Source: Chiloscyllium plagiosum (lineage: Eukaryota). Taken from it: a stretch of 64,000 nt of DNA. Below the pieces are notes generated by a model. It had not been told where the DNA came from and did not search any database. It was given only the letters and a program-made list of their open reading frames with translations. Below, in pieces: positions 22,400 to 34,773 of this stretch; within the stretch, counting starts at the first letter, position 1; each line of letters begins with the position of its first letter. Made by a program: the position numbers and the translations under genes. The stretch is taken from positions 14,463,578-14,527,577 of the forward strand of contig NC_057718.1 in assembly GCF_004010195.1 (NCBI RefSeq), read 5' to 3'.

Positions 22400-22725
22400 G
22401 GGGTGCAATGGCCTGGTGGTTATGTCACTGATCTACTAGCCCCCCTCTCCAGGGATAATAATCTGTGGATGTGGGTTCAAATCCCAGCATGGCAGAGAAT
22501 GAAATCTAAATTCAATAATAATCTAGAATTAAAAGGTTAGTCTGATGGCAAGCATGTTGATTACTGTCAAAATCCATCTTCTTTATTAAAGTTCTTCATG
22601 GGAAGAAATCTATTGTCCTTACCTGGTCTGACCTAAGCGTGATTCCAGACCCACAGGTGACTTGAGAGTACCCTCCATGTAATAAATGCTGGACCTAGCC
22701 AGTATCGATTATGCATGAATAAATA
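22400..22725 (+). mobile_element. tRNA-derived SINE (second family)
   Basis: tggcctggtgg head, ggttcaaatccc B box, cttacctggtctg core, aataaatgctgg tail. Confidence 0.7.
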
Positions 22726-22853
22726 AACTACATTCTGAATGCCTATCAGGCTTCAAATTATGAATCAGATTTATTTAAGAAATTAAAAGCACCAGAAATC
22801 AAAGCCAGCAGTCAACTAGATCACATGTATTCAATACATCCATCAAATCTGTA

Positions 22854-23810
22854 AGAGTCAGAGATGTATAGCATGGAAACAGACCCTTTGGCCCAACTCG
22901 TCCATGCCGATCAGATATCCTAAATTAGTCTAGTTCCTTTTGTCTGCATTTGGCCCATATCCCTCCAAACCCTTCCTATTCATATACCCATCCAAATTTC
23001 TTTTAAACGTTGTAATTGTGCCAGACTCCACCACTTCCTCTGGCAGCTCATTCCATACACACACCGCTCTCTGCGTGAAAAAGTTGCCCCTTTTAAATCT
23101 TTCCCTTCTCACCGTAAACCTAGGTCCTCGAGTTCTGGAATCACCCACCCCAGAGGGTGGTGTGTCTGGAACAGGCTGCCAGAGGTAGTGGTTGAGGCTG
23201 GCACAATTCTGTCGTTTAAGAAACATTTAGACAGGTACATGGATGGGACAGGTATGGAGGGATATGACCAAATGCAGGTGAATATGGCTAGTTTAAATTG
23301 TGAAAACTGGGCAGAATGTGCAGGTTGGGCTAAAGGGCCTGTCTCCAGGTTGGGCTAAATGCCCCTGCTGTCATCTCTATGACTCTATAACTTAATAAGA
23401 ATTCAGGAGATCCATAGAGTCATAGAGATGTACAACATGGAAACCGGTCCTTCGGTCCAACCCGTCCATGCCGACCAGATATCCCAACCCAATCTAGTCC
23501 CACCTGCCAGCACCTGGTCCATATCCCTCCAAACCCTTCCTATTCATGTACCCATCCAAATGCCTTTTAAACGTTGCAATTGTCTATTTATCCTATCCAT
23601 GCCCCTCATAATTTGTAAACCTTTATAAGGTCACCCCTCAGCCCCAAACGCCTTCTTTACCTGCGACTCCACTTTCAAGGAGCTATGAACCTGCACTCCA
23701 AGGTGTCTTTGTTCAGCAACACTCCCCAGGACCTTACCATTAAGTGTATAAGTCCTGCTAAGATTTGCTTTCCCAAAATGCAGCACCTTGCATTTATCTG
23801 AATTAAAATC
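22854..23810. mobile_element. Cluster of three CR1 3' fragments (minus, plus, minus)
   Basis: Tails at 22854 (minus), about 23390 (plus) and 23414 (minus). NFFTQR/VWNELPEEVV motifs. Confidence 0.85.
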
Positions 23811-25097
23811 CAGGAAAAACAATTGCTACTTCAAAAACTAAGTCAGACTGGCACTCTTTTTTACAACCTCATAATCCATCAAAATATCCTCTGAAGTAAT
23901 ACAAATTTCTCGCGCTCTACCTGCCAACTTTCTCTGCATCTGGCCACTTTATTTGTTTTGTCATTTTCTCAAATGATATAAACAATACCTCTGCATCTTT
24001 TTCCTCAAATTTTGATTGGACCTATATATTGAGGTTCTCAATGGGATATTCCTTTAATGGAATGATTCAATCCATGATTACTACAAGGTAATTGCTTTTT
24101 GCAGAGTTGTTTGGTGGAATAAATGTAAACATTCTCAACCCAGTTCCCCTTTGCACTGCTGTACATTAGTGAGGCATGTCAGCAAGTTAACATGGGAAGC
24201 TATTTTAATTCCTTCCTGTGACGTGAGCATCAAAGGCATGGTCATGTTCCCTGCCCCTAGCTGCCTAATTGCCCTTGACAATGTGGTATGGAACCATCAC
24301 CTTGAATCATTGCAGTTCATGTGCTATTGGCACTGCTTTACACAACTGAGTGGTCATTTTTCACAGCAATTAGGAGTCAACCACAATGTTGCGATTCTGG
24401 AGTTGCATGTATTTCAGCCCAGGTAAGGATGGGCATATATCCCTCCCTAAAGTGAACCAGGTGGGATTTTATAACAAAAGAAATCCAACTGAGTAGCCAA
24501 ATTCAAATGACTGCAGAATGTACTGAGGAACACAAAAGGCAGAGGAAATTCTCCTCTTCACATAGATTCCTCAGCTGAGACTCCACCGGGTACAACACGC
24601 TCAACTCTGATGAGCACTGAAATGCCCCAAACATCGTAGTTACAAAGGAAGACAGCTAGTGGATACACCTGGAGTGTTAGTTGCTGTGCCTTCATCACAA
24701 CGGTGGCCCTGATGGATAAAGGCTTTGACAAAACAAATCAGATGGCTGAAGGAAACGTGGACATTGCCCATACAGACTAAGGTGGCAGGTAGAGCACAAG
24801 GAATTTGTGTTACTGTCAGAGGATACTTTGATGGATGATGATGGTGTATAAAGTGGTGGTGACATAGTGGTAATGTCACTGGGGCTAATGATCCGGCGAT
24901 ATGGGTTCAGATCTCACCTGGTACAACTCCTCCCCAGTTTATTACAGTTCCAGAAGGGATACCCCAGATTGGGATACTTTCTCAGTGAAGAGGGATGAAC
25001 TCCTTTATTCACCAGTTCCCTTTGTTGGTCACAAAGTCAATTTTAAAAGAATCCTTTCTCCTTGTGGATATCTTTCTTCCAGGTCAAACAAATTTTG

Positions 25098-25400
25098 AAT
25101 CATAAAACCCCTACAGTGTGAAAGAAGGCCATTCAGCCCATCCAGTCCACACTGACCCTCTGAAGAACATCCCACCCAAACTTAATGCCTTACCATATCC
25201 TATAACCCCACATTTCCTATGGCTAACCCACCTAGCCTACACATCCCTGGGCACCATGGGCAACCTAGCATGGCCAATCCACCTAACCTGCACAACTTTG
25301 TGATGTGTAAGGAAACCCATGCAAAAACCACACAGGATGGGATTGAACCCAGGTCCCTGGTGTTGTGAGACAGCAGTGCTAAGCCACGAAGCCACCATGT
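25098..25400 (-). mobile_element. HE1-type SINE
   Basis: Reverse-complement head and core. Confidence 0.8.
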
Positions 25401-26054
25401 GACCCATATAGATTTAGGGTTTAGGTTTTAAAATGAGCCAATTTAACCAGGCTTTCTCAAGTTAACAAACAGAAGTGATTTTCTGAATTCCTGAACACAC
25501 AAAGAAATAATAACACGACCCACATATAGACGGTTTAGGAATAATGGGCCAAGGACATTTCTGTATTGCAAGATGCTATGATGTTAGTCCAAAATAAGAT
25601 AAATATTAAAAAGTGAGGTATGAATCAGTTTCTGACATGCTTGTGAAGAATGCATGTTAGATGTTACCAGTAACATCGATGTTGGTAGCTAAATTCAAGA
25701 TTTTTGGCTTTGCAGGTTGATTGACACAATTTTGTCCTGGTTTTTCTCAACAATGGTTGGTAAGGTTCAGAGAGAGATTTTTTTCCCCTTTCTTTACCTG
25801 CAGTAAGGGGATGTTTAATGGCTATTCTCAAAGCTGTGACCTTCACAGCACACAGGACACACACTAAGACTTTAGAGTACAAACAAATGAGCCTTTAACC
25901 CCATTGTCTGCCTAAACCTGGAAGGGTAAACCACAAATCTGTTTGCAGGATAAGATCACCTGCTGAGAGAGATTGGGTAGTCAGTGCTTCATTATCTCTT
26001 CCTTTTAGGTTGTAGTTTGCCTGACTCTTTAAAGGTGTGACATTTTAGAATTTG

Positions 26055-26562
26055 AGGTTGTGAAACTTGAAAGGGTTCAAAAAAGATTTATAAGAATGTT
26101 GCCAGGGTTGGAGGGTTTGAGCTATAGGGAAAGGCTGACCAGGCTGGGGCTTGTTCCCCTGGAGAGTCGAAGGCTGAGGGGTGACCTTATAGAGGTTTAT
26201 AAAATCATGAGGGACATGGATAGGATAAATAAACAAGATCTTTTCCCTGGGGCCGGGGGAGTCCAGAACTAGAGGACATAGGTTTAGGGTGAGGGGGAAA
26301 GATATAAAAGGGATCTAGGGGCAACATTTTTCATGCAGAGTGTGGTGCGCGTAAGGAATGGGCTGCTGGAGGAATTGGGGGAGGTTGGTACAATTACAAG
26401 AACAAAAAGGCATCTGGATGGTATTATGTATAGAAAGGGTTTAGAGGGATATGGGCCAAGTGCTGGCAAGTGGGACTATATTAGGTTAGGATATCTGGTT
26501 AGCATGGACAAGTTGGGCCGAAGGATCTGTTTCTATGCTGTACATCTCTATGACTCTATGAC
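26055..26562 (+). mobile_element. CR1/HER1 3' fragment
   Basis: KLERVQKRFIRMLPGL and RRLRGDLIEVYK, with a (ctatgact)n tail. Confidence 0.9.
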
Positions 26563-27759
26563 TAATTCCTCTCCAGATTCATACCCACAGTTATCTTTCC
26601 ACAGTATCTCATTTGATTAATGAATTTTGTTTCGTTTTTAACTTCAGTCAGTTTATAAGTGATCTGGGGTTATGATCTGTGATCACGGCACACTTTGGCA
26701 GTTGGTAGAATTGGAAGTCAGTTAAACCATCTATAAAGTAAAGCAAGTCTCAGTCATAGTGTTCATGAAACCATCATTATCTCTCATTAATAAATAAAAG
26801 CATTTGGCTCACTAATGCCCTCTGGGGAAGGACATTTGCTGTCCTTTCCAAGTCTGGCCTACAATGTGACGCCGAACTGTGGCTCTTAACTGCTCTCTGC
26901 AAAGTGTAATTAGGAATGGGTCACAAATATTGTCCTTGTCAATGATGCCTACATCCGGGAAAGAATAAGTATGAAAGCAAGTGATAGTGGAGTACTGAGC
27001 GTAAGGATGTGCTGATGAATGTGTTAGGCAGAGACAACACAAGGTACAACAATCCTCTCTGTTGCTATTTCTCCTTCCCCATCATAGTACAGCTGAAAAT
27101 GCAATTTAGAAATAAACACAGCCACCCTCAAAGGGTTCCACCATTGCCATCAACTGACAATAGGACTGTGAGCAGCTGGTACGACATTAATCATTTGACA
27201 GGCAGAGACAGACAACATTGCTGACTGGCATCCAGAACTGGCACTGAAGCTGTGAGGAGCACAGAGTTCCAACACGACACACCAGATTTCTCATCAGCAT
27301 TCTTCTCCAAAATAAAATCAGAGACACTCACAGCTAGCTCTTTGTTTGCTCTCCATTCTTGGTCTCTGTTTTCCAGGAAGCAATGGTTTTAGTCTATCAC
27401 ATTGGCACACCAATAAAGTCTTGGAAAATCAAGAATGTGACCCCAGTATTCAGGAAAGGAGACAGAACGCTGGGAGCAATGGGCAGAACAGGCAGCAGAG
27501 GATTATTTCGCGCTCTCCTTATCTGCCTTCATGGCTCAGCGGCCCTTGGATTATTCCTCAATGTGGCAACAAATCTCCGCAGTCTAGGAAGCGGTCAGAT
27601 TCTTTGTACTGATTGGTGTCCAACACTCGGTGGTTGGTAGGTGGGATAACACCATTGACTATGGAGGGTGAGGGGCTGGTAGTGAAAGAGGAAATAAAGT
27701 CAGCTTGGTCTTCTACTCTCCTGTTGGCCTTCGGTGAGGGTGGCATTAGGATAATTAGG

Positions 27760-28090
27760 GGAGGTGACAGCCTAGTGGTATTATCGTTGGATTGTTAAGC
27801 CAGAAATCCAGGTCATGCTCTGGGGACCTGGGTTCAAATCCTGCCACAGCAGATGGTGGAATTTGAATTCAACAAAAATCTGGATTTGGAGTCCATTACT
27901 GAATCCATTGGCAATGTTGTCAGGTCAAACCTCCCTGGTTCACTAATACCTTTTTGGGAAGGAAACTGCCATCCTTACTTGGTCTGGCCTACACTGACTC
28001 CAGACCCAAAGCAATGTGGTTGCATCTAAACTGCCCTCTGGACAATTAGGGATGGATAATAAATGCTGACCCGGCCCATGAATTAAGAAA
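27760..28090 (+). mobile_element. tRNA-derived SINE (second family)
   Basis: Same layout as 22400-22725. Confidence 0.7.
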
Positions 28091-28457
28091 AAAAACCTTT
28101 GCAACTCACTGTCTCAGTGTAGCACAGGAGCAGGAGGCAGTCATTGTCCAGAGAAGGACTTTCCAGCACCAAATGGATGCCAAGGCCATCCAGGCAGTGC
28201 TGGAGAGATTCAAGACCACACCCTCCAGGACTGACAGGCTTCGGTCATGAGGAAAGGGGGGAACTTCCTCATTAGAACGGAGAACCACAGGCAGGCATCT
28301 GATGAAAGGGCTCAAAGTCATGAGGGTGTCTCGTTGCAGGGGTGATGCCATTGTTTCTGACATCCATGATACTTGAAAGAAGACCATGATTGTGTCTGTC
28401 CATGTGTTGGTTTATTTGCATCCACCAGATGAAGCAATGTCATGACACCAGCCACTT

Positions 28458-28646
28458 GATTAGATTACATTACATTACATTACATTACAGCGTGGAAACA
28501 GGCCCTTCGGCATCAACAAGTCCATACTGACCCGCCAAAGCGCAACCCACCCATACCCCTACATTTACCCCTTACCTAACACTACGGGCAATTTAGCATG
28601 GCCAATTCATCTGACCTGCACATCTTTGGGCTGTGGGAGGAAACCG
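28458..28646 (-). mobile_element. HE1-type SINE 3' part (runs into gap)
   Basis: (attac)n tail and core. Confidence 0.85.
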
Positions 28647-29054
28647 NNNNNNNNNNNNNNNNNNNNNNNNNNNNNNNNNNNNNNNNNNNNNNNNNNNNNN
28701 NNNNNNNNNNNNNNNNNNNNNNNNNNNNNNNNNNNNNNNNNNNNNNNNNNNNNNNNNNNNNNNNNNNNNNNNNNNNNNNNNNNNNNNNNNNNNNNNNNNN
28801 NNNNNNNNNNNNNNNNNNNNNNNNNNNNNNNNNNNNNNNNNNNNNNNNNNNNNNNNNNNNNNNNNNNNNNNNNNNNNNNNNNNNNNNNNNNNNNNNNNNN
28901 NNNNNNNNNNNNNNNNNNNNNNNNNNNNNNNNNNNNNNNNNNNNNNNNNNNNNNNNNNNNNNNNNNNNNNNNNNNNNNNNNNNNNNNNNNNNNNNNNNNN
29001 NNNNNNNNNNNNNNNNNNNNNNNNNNNNNNNNNNNNNNNNNNNNNNNNNNNNNN
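28647..29054. other. Assembly gap (inside the presumed SMYD3 3' UTR)
   Basis: N run. Confidence 1.

Positions 29055-29116
<62 letters not shown>
29055..29116. repeat. (CA)n microsatellite, at least 31 units, abutting gap
   Basis: Directly visible, 13 nt downstream of the SMYD3 stop. Confidence 0.98.
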
Positions 29117-29117
<1 letters not shown>

Positions 29118-29129
29118 AGTTAGATCTGT

Positions 29130-29243
29130 TCACAGTTGTTGAGGCCTGAAGCTGAACTCAGCCTCACATTCTGCCAGGACCTGCTGCAGGTTGTCAGTCA
29201 GGGGATGTTCTCTTCCATGGGTCACCTTGAGAATGTCAAATGC
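29130..29243 (-). CDS. SMYD3: SMYD3 terminal coding exon (AFDILKVTHGREHPLTDNLQQVLAECEAEFSFRPQQL*)
   Basis: Manual translation after the acceptor ttttttgttctttctgcattgccAG (phase 0) matches the vertebrate SMYD3 C-terminus as I recall it (human AFDIMRVTHGREHSLIEDL...EEC). TGA at 29132-29130. Confidence 0.95.
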   Translation of the reverse strand, partial: AFDILKVTHGREHPLTDNLQQVLAECEAEFSFRPQQL

Positions 29244-30304
29244 CTGGCAATGCAGAAAGAACAAAAAAGTCAGTGCGACACTTCACTCCCAGACACACAG
29301 CTCACTTCCTACCCAGCTCTTTATCTTGCAGTCCACAATGTCTCCCTTTGTATGAGGTGACTGGTAGATGAGGCGTACAAATTTTACCATGTAATAGCAG
29401 CAAATGCCTCAACAGCCATGTCCGCTATCTGCTCGGAATCAGGCTGCTAGGGCTGAGCTCCACAGAACCGTGTAATGTTATGCAAATTTATACCTCAACC
29501 GGCACAACAGCAAGAATAACAGATAATAACCTGGCTGCTGCATTGCTAAACACCATATAATTTTTCGTCTCTGTATATGATGAAAGAGACAGGGATTGAA
29601 CTATCTATTAGGACATGGCATGTACAAATAACAGAACAGTTGAAAATAAATCTTAATTTGTTGTTCTGTTAATGGCCTTCAGTTTAACAGAGTCCCATTT
29701 AAAACAATTAACAGAAGACTTCATTCTTAACACAGACTGATGGGAGGGTGGCAGAGACAGGAGCAATGTTTCACTTACCTTTAAGGTCCAGATCACAAAA
29801 GCAGGCTGAGATTCTCTAATGAAGGTCACTTGGCCTTCATCCAATGATCAAGGTCAAACTCAATGGGACTTGGGACTTTTGAATGTACGTTTAGGGACTG
29901 ATCTCCACAATTTCACTCAATTACAGACAGGGACACGTGCCTTCATTACATTGGATGGAATTCCAGAATCTTCCCCAGCTTGGGATCCTGCTGTATAATT
30001 CTGCCCACAGTTCTGTCAAAGCCACAAAGGAGTGGCTTTTTCTTGAATACTGAATAATATAATTAAATAGGGGTTCATGTGGAATCAGTACACACCATCT
30101 TACACTCATTTCTTTGATTCAACGCTACAGAAAGCGGTCTAAGCTGACAGAGGTTAAAATGATAGGGGTTTAATGGATGAAGGGTCATAATACAGAAGGT
30201 TTATAATGGAGGTAATATTATAATGGAAGGAAGTGCTGCATTGTGAGGGGGTTATAATAGAGAAGGGTTTGTAATGGAAGAGGGGTGTATAATTGTCCAG
30301 GGTT

Positions 30305-30840
30305 TGTAACTCGAGGGCTGTTTCAGTGGGACGGGGAACCTACTGCGAATCCTCTTGCAAGGATGCCTACCTTGAAGAAGTTCTCCTCCTCTCTCCACAA
30401 GAATCTCAGTGAGTCTCTCTCTCACTGCAACCCCAAGGTCCTCATGATCTGTTCTACCTGCCAATCTCCCTTCCCACCTATCTGCTCCACCCTCCCCTCT
30501 GACCTCACCTCCACCCCCACCCCTATTCACCTCTAGACTCTTTACCACCTTCCCCCACCCTCCTCTCTGACATATCACCTCCATCCCCACACCCATTCAC
30601 CCATTGTACTCTTTACTACCTTCCCCCACCCTCCACTTTGACCTATCACGCCCATTCACCTATTGTACTCTTTGCTACCTTCTCCCCAGCCGCTCCCCTG
30701 CCCGCCCCATTTATCTCTCCGCCCTGGAGGCTCCCTGCCTTCATTCCTGATGAAGGGCTTTTGCCCGAAACGTCGATTTTCCTGCTCCTTGGATGCTGCC
30801 TGACCTGCTGTGCTTTTCCAGCACCACTCTGATCTAAATC
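30305..30840 (+). mobile_element. PLE family B remnant with pLTR, in the last SMYD3 intron
   Basis: C-rich pLTR like 18600-18840. Possible TSD ccagggtt at 30297-30304 and 30841-30848. Confidence 0.75.
30743..30778 (+). ncRNA. Minimal hammerhead ribozyme (family B), antisense to SMYD3
   Basis: attc-CTGATGA-agggcttttgccc-GAAAC-GTC-gatt. Confidence 0.75.
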
Positions 30841-31263
30841 CCAGGGTTAGCATATGAAGGGGAAGATGGTTTATGGGAGATGGGTTATAATGGAAGATAG
30901 TTTATGAAAGAGTTTGAGGGTAACTAAGGAGAAATTCTTCTCAAGAGTGGATTGCTAAGATCTGTAATACACTACCCAAAGGACAGTGGCATCAGATTAC
31001 ACACCACCATTCAATAAGCAATCCCACAGATGCTCAAGGAGGATTAATTTGCAGTGTTCCCGGGAAAATTTGTGCCTGATTAGGAATCAGGAAAGTTAGC
31101 CAATTAGGAAAGTTCTTCAAATACATATCACAGGCACAATGGGCTGTGCAATCTTAAGTGGTTTAAGCTGATAACGTGAAAAGTACAGAGTATGCACTTT
31201 GGACCAGAGACCGCTCTGCAAGTAAAGTTAGAGATATGCTCAGGGATGTCGGAGCTCACTGAC

Positions 31264-31372
31264 CTGCTTTAGTGTGCCCGCTGCTTCCTTCAGCTTGCCC
31301 TGATGATGTTGCAGCTTGCCCACTCTCATGAGTTGCACTCCTCTCACAGGATGAGCGCCAGCATAGTACAAC
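31264..31372 (-). CDS. SMYD3: SMYD3 penultimate exon, 109 bp (R/LYYAGAHPVRGVQLMRVGKLQHHQGKLKEAAGTLKQ)
   Basis: Acceptor ctgcttccAG and donor CAG|GTCAGT. The HPVRGVQxMxVGKLQxHQG motif fits SMYD3 rather than SMYD1/2. Joins the terminal exon in phase 0 across a 2020-bp intron. Confidence 0.95.
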
Positions 31373-33596
31373 CTGGAAGCAGATCGAGGTACGGACTGGG
31401 TTCAGCTACAATGTGATATCGGACAACTAACACCACAGAACTCCACACAGCACAATCTGCAGGTGACCTCATTCAAGAGAAACCAAAGCAGCAGGCGCAG
31501 GGAGAAGTGTAGCTGACCCACAAGCACATATCGATCTGATGTTATAGCTCCCTTGCACAGTTATTCCCTCAGACTGCAGTCAAGCTTTCAGACCTTTGCA
31601 GAAGAGGCAGATGCTCCACAGAAGTAAGCAATATTGTAAGCAGATAATACCAGGATTAATGGAAGACGCATTCCCCAGCTCATCATAGGGTTGAATATTA
31701 TGGCCACCCTCAAGTGGGAAAACAGCCAGGCAGACCCGCTGATGAGGGCGAGGTACCATGGGTGCTGTGGCCACCATTAGCCCACTTACCCCACCTTTGC
31801 TTTACATGCTAGATTAGGTGGGCTGCTGGTCTGTGGCCCAGTTGAGACCCTTAAGTGGACAATGCATGCTCCATTGAGGGCCTCATCCCACTGGGAAAGC
31901 CCTCCCTCCAATTGGTTGGCAGGTTCACTCCAGCAGGTTGTCGCTCAATGAACTGGAGATGGGGAGGTCTGACTTCTTCCTGGGCCTCCTATGTAAGTAT
32001 AAATCACAGGCCCTACCTGAGACAGTTAGGCCTCTCTTTTGCCCACCAACCACCCACCTGTCCTGTCCAACCTGCCTCTCCCCCAGCCACTCTCGTTGGG
32101 GCCTGACAACACAGCCCCAGTCAGGATCCTGCACTTAACCCTGACTGTTCTTCTTTCAGGGTCTCCTGCAATTCCAGGAATGACCACCAATCCTGGGGTG
32201 CTATGGAGCTGCTGTCCTCTGGCAGCTCAGTGAGGTGAGACTTCCTCTTGGAGGCAGACTGAAGCTCCGCCTCAAACTAGTTCAAGGGCCATCACCCGAA
32301 ATGTCAAACAGAGTGGACCAGCCAAGGAGGAGATATACAGTGGGGTGATGGAAGATCACTCTCTCCATATAATCTAACCCAAAATGGCCTTCAGGAAAAG
32401 CTTGCATATCAACAGTTTGGAATGGCTGGACTGTTTATTAACTCCATCTACCTCTCCTTGGATTTTGTTAATTGGTGATATCTTACTGAACAAAAATGTA
32501 TAAGAAGAAGGAGGCTCTCTACACCTCCCATAACCTTTCTAGATTAAACGTCTGTCGAACACAACCTTGAATATATTCACTGATCCAGCCTCTACTGCTC
32601 CCTGGACAAGTGAATTCCAAACTCTAACAACCTATTAATCTTGAGGTAGTTCCCCATCAATCTCAATTTTCAGTTGAGGTATTTGAGACACTGAATGGTG
32701 TAAAAACTGATGAAACGGGGGTGTCAGGAAGTTTAACTGTACTTCAAAGTGATGAGGCACCAAGCCTGGAGGAGATGCACCTCTGGAGGAGGTTTGATTG
32801 GAAATTGTGGACACATGGTCCATAATCTCTCAAACCTCCTTCGATACTGAGCTGGTAAATTGCATTTGTTACACCCTTGTTCAGGAAGGGAATAGACCAG
32901 TGTGAAACATTGGAGTGGGGTGAGCAGGTGATACATTAATCTCAAAGCCATCTTTAAAAAATAAGGTCTGACATGAGATAAATTGTTTCCTTGGGTTGAC
33001 AAATAAATTCCCTGTCAACCTGTAGCCGAGCCTTTGCAGTCAGCACCTGACTAACTGAGTTGTGGCCCACGTTACATCCTGAACTGGGAAGGTGTGAGCC
33101 ACTCTGAGGGTCAGAGAGAGAGAGAGAGAGAGAGAGAGAATAGATCACCTTTACTCTGTCAGCCAGCACCTTGTGCAAACTCAAAGGGTCTCTAAACACT
33201 ATCGAGTGTGTTTCAGCATTAACATGTTCCTGCACTTGATCCATGTCTCTTGGAGAACATGGGGAGTCACTATTGATGCCAAGTGTCTGCTTCTTTTCAA
33301 AATCAGCGACAGCAAGTGAATAGAAACAGACAAGAATGGTTAACGTTGCCCAGTTGCTGCATGAGCAAAGAAGGAAGATCAGAAGTTCTCCAGCAGAACA
33401 TGGCAATGGCTCCAATTCGGAAACTCACACAGAGCCACACGACATTGTTCGGAAAGTCCAACAGGACAATATCCACTGGCTTCTGCAGCAATGACAGGGC
33501 GCTGGTCTGACCACATCTGAACGTGCTCAGACTGCCTTTCTGGTGAAGATCTAGCTGAAACTGGCAAGTGTGGTCAATGAAATCTATAGCCCTGAT

Positions 33597-34200
33597 TACA
33601 GTCAGACACTGAATACAATCTGAGTGGGGCCAGGGTCGTCAGACTTAGTAAAGCTTACCGGGCCTGGGTACAGACAGAATGGGTAAACCATATTGGGGCC
33701 AGGGTACAGTCAGAATGGATAAACCCATTGGCTTAAGTGTACAGCCAGATTGGGTACCTTACATTGCCTGTGTGGAGATAAGCTAGGTAAGCCTTATGGC
33801 ACCTGGGTAGACTCAGATTGGATAAACCTGATATGCTTGGGTACAGTTAGACTGGGCGGATCTGATGAACATGGAGTACAGTCAGACTGAGTAAAAGTTC
33901 TGAGTAATGCACCCTGGGTAAATCTGAGGAACCTTTGGTCCAGGCAAACTGAATAAACCTAATGAACTCGAGGTACAGTCAGACTGAGTAAACCTGATTA
34001 ACCCTGAGGTACAGTCAGACTGAATAAACCTAATGAACCTGAGGTACAGTCAGACTGAGTAAACCTGAGGTACAGTCAGACTGAATAATCCTAATGAACC
34101 TGAGGCACAGTCAGACTGGGTAAATCTGATGGACCCTGGGTACAGTCAGACTGTGTATGCCTTACTATGGCCAAGGAACAGTCAGATGAGGCAAGCCTGA
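33597..34200. repeat. Degenerate ~35-bp tandem array, about 17 units
   Basis: tacagtcagactgaataaacctaatgaacctgagg, with cores at 33842, 33877, 33974, 34010, 34045, 34071, 34106 and 34141. Confidence 0.85.
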
Positions 34201-34560
34201 ATCACTTCACACTGTAGCAGCTGGCTTGGTGAACAATGCAGTCGAGAGCGAGGGTTCATTAGTCTGGAGGTCAGACCCTCAGAATGCTGAAGGTCAGAAT
34301 GGCACACTGACAGTAGACTGTGCAAACTTCAGTTATTTAGCTCTGGGCGATGCAGAGGTCATGGAGTGAGTTAATGGAGATGTTTCAAAAAACAAAGAAG
34401 GTTTGACCCAGAATGGGAATGACTCCTCCTCATACTCCCAGAACAAGGGGACAATGCAGTGAAAGCATTAAGACACAAGACACTCTGATAATATAAAACA
34501 TATCAACTGAGGAGATGACAGAAGCAAAATGGGGAGGTTTGAAAGGGAAGGATACAAGTA

Positions 34561-34773
34561 CAGGTTGTTCTGCTATAATGCGTATTTCGTCAATGTGAAT
34601 TGGCTATAACGTGATGAATGAAAAGGGAGGCAGTTTTGAAAGTGAAAACTTTTAAAGTATGTGTTGGCTATAATGTGATCACAGCACCAACACTTTAATT
34701 GTATTGCGTGATTTTTGTCGAGCACAGGGTCACACAGGAACGCAGCTCTTGCACTATATAGAAGAAAAGACTG
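34561..34773 (+). mobile_element. Tc1/mariner (Tigger/pogo-like) MITE
   Basis: TA|CAG...CTG|TA ends. Inverted homologue at 39113-39339. Confidence 0.7.

Noticed and set aside
1..29000. KIF26B terminal exons (SMYD3 neighbour in human)
   Set aside because: No matching translation seen on the plus strand.
28582..29149. ORFs with poly-X and CV/TH repeats
   Set aside because: Artefacts of the N gap and the (CA)n tract.
31690..32360. GC-rich block as a CpG-island promoter (similar blocks near 49800, 51380 and 53640)
   Set aside because: CpG-poor and sharing motifs with the other blocks, so more likely an old dispersed repeat that I cannot classify.
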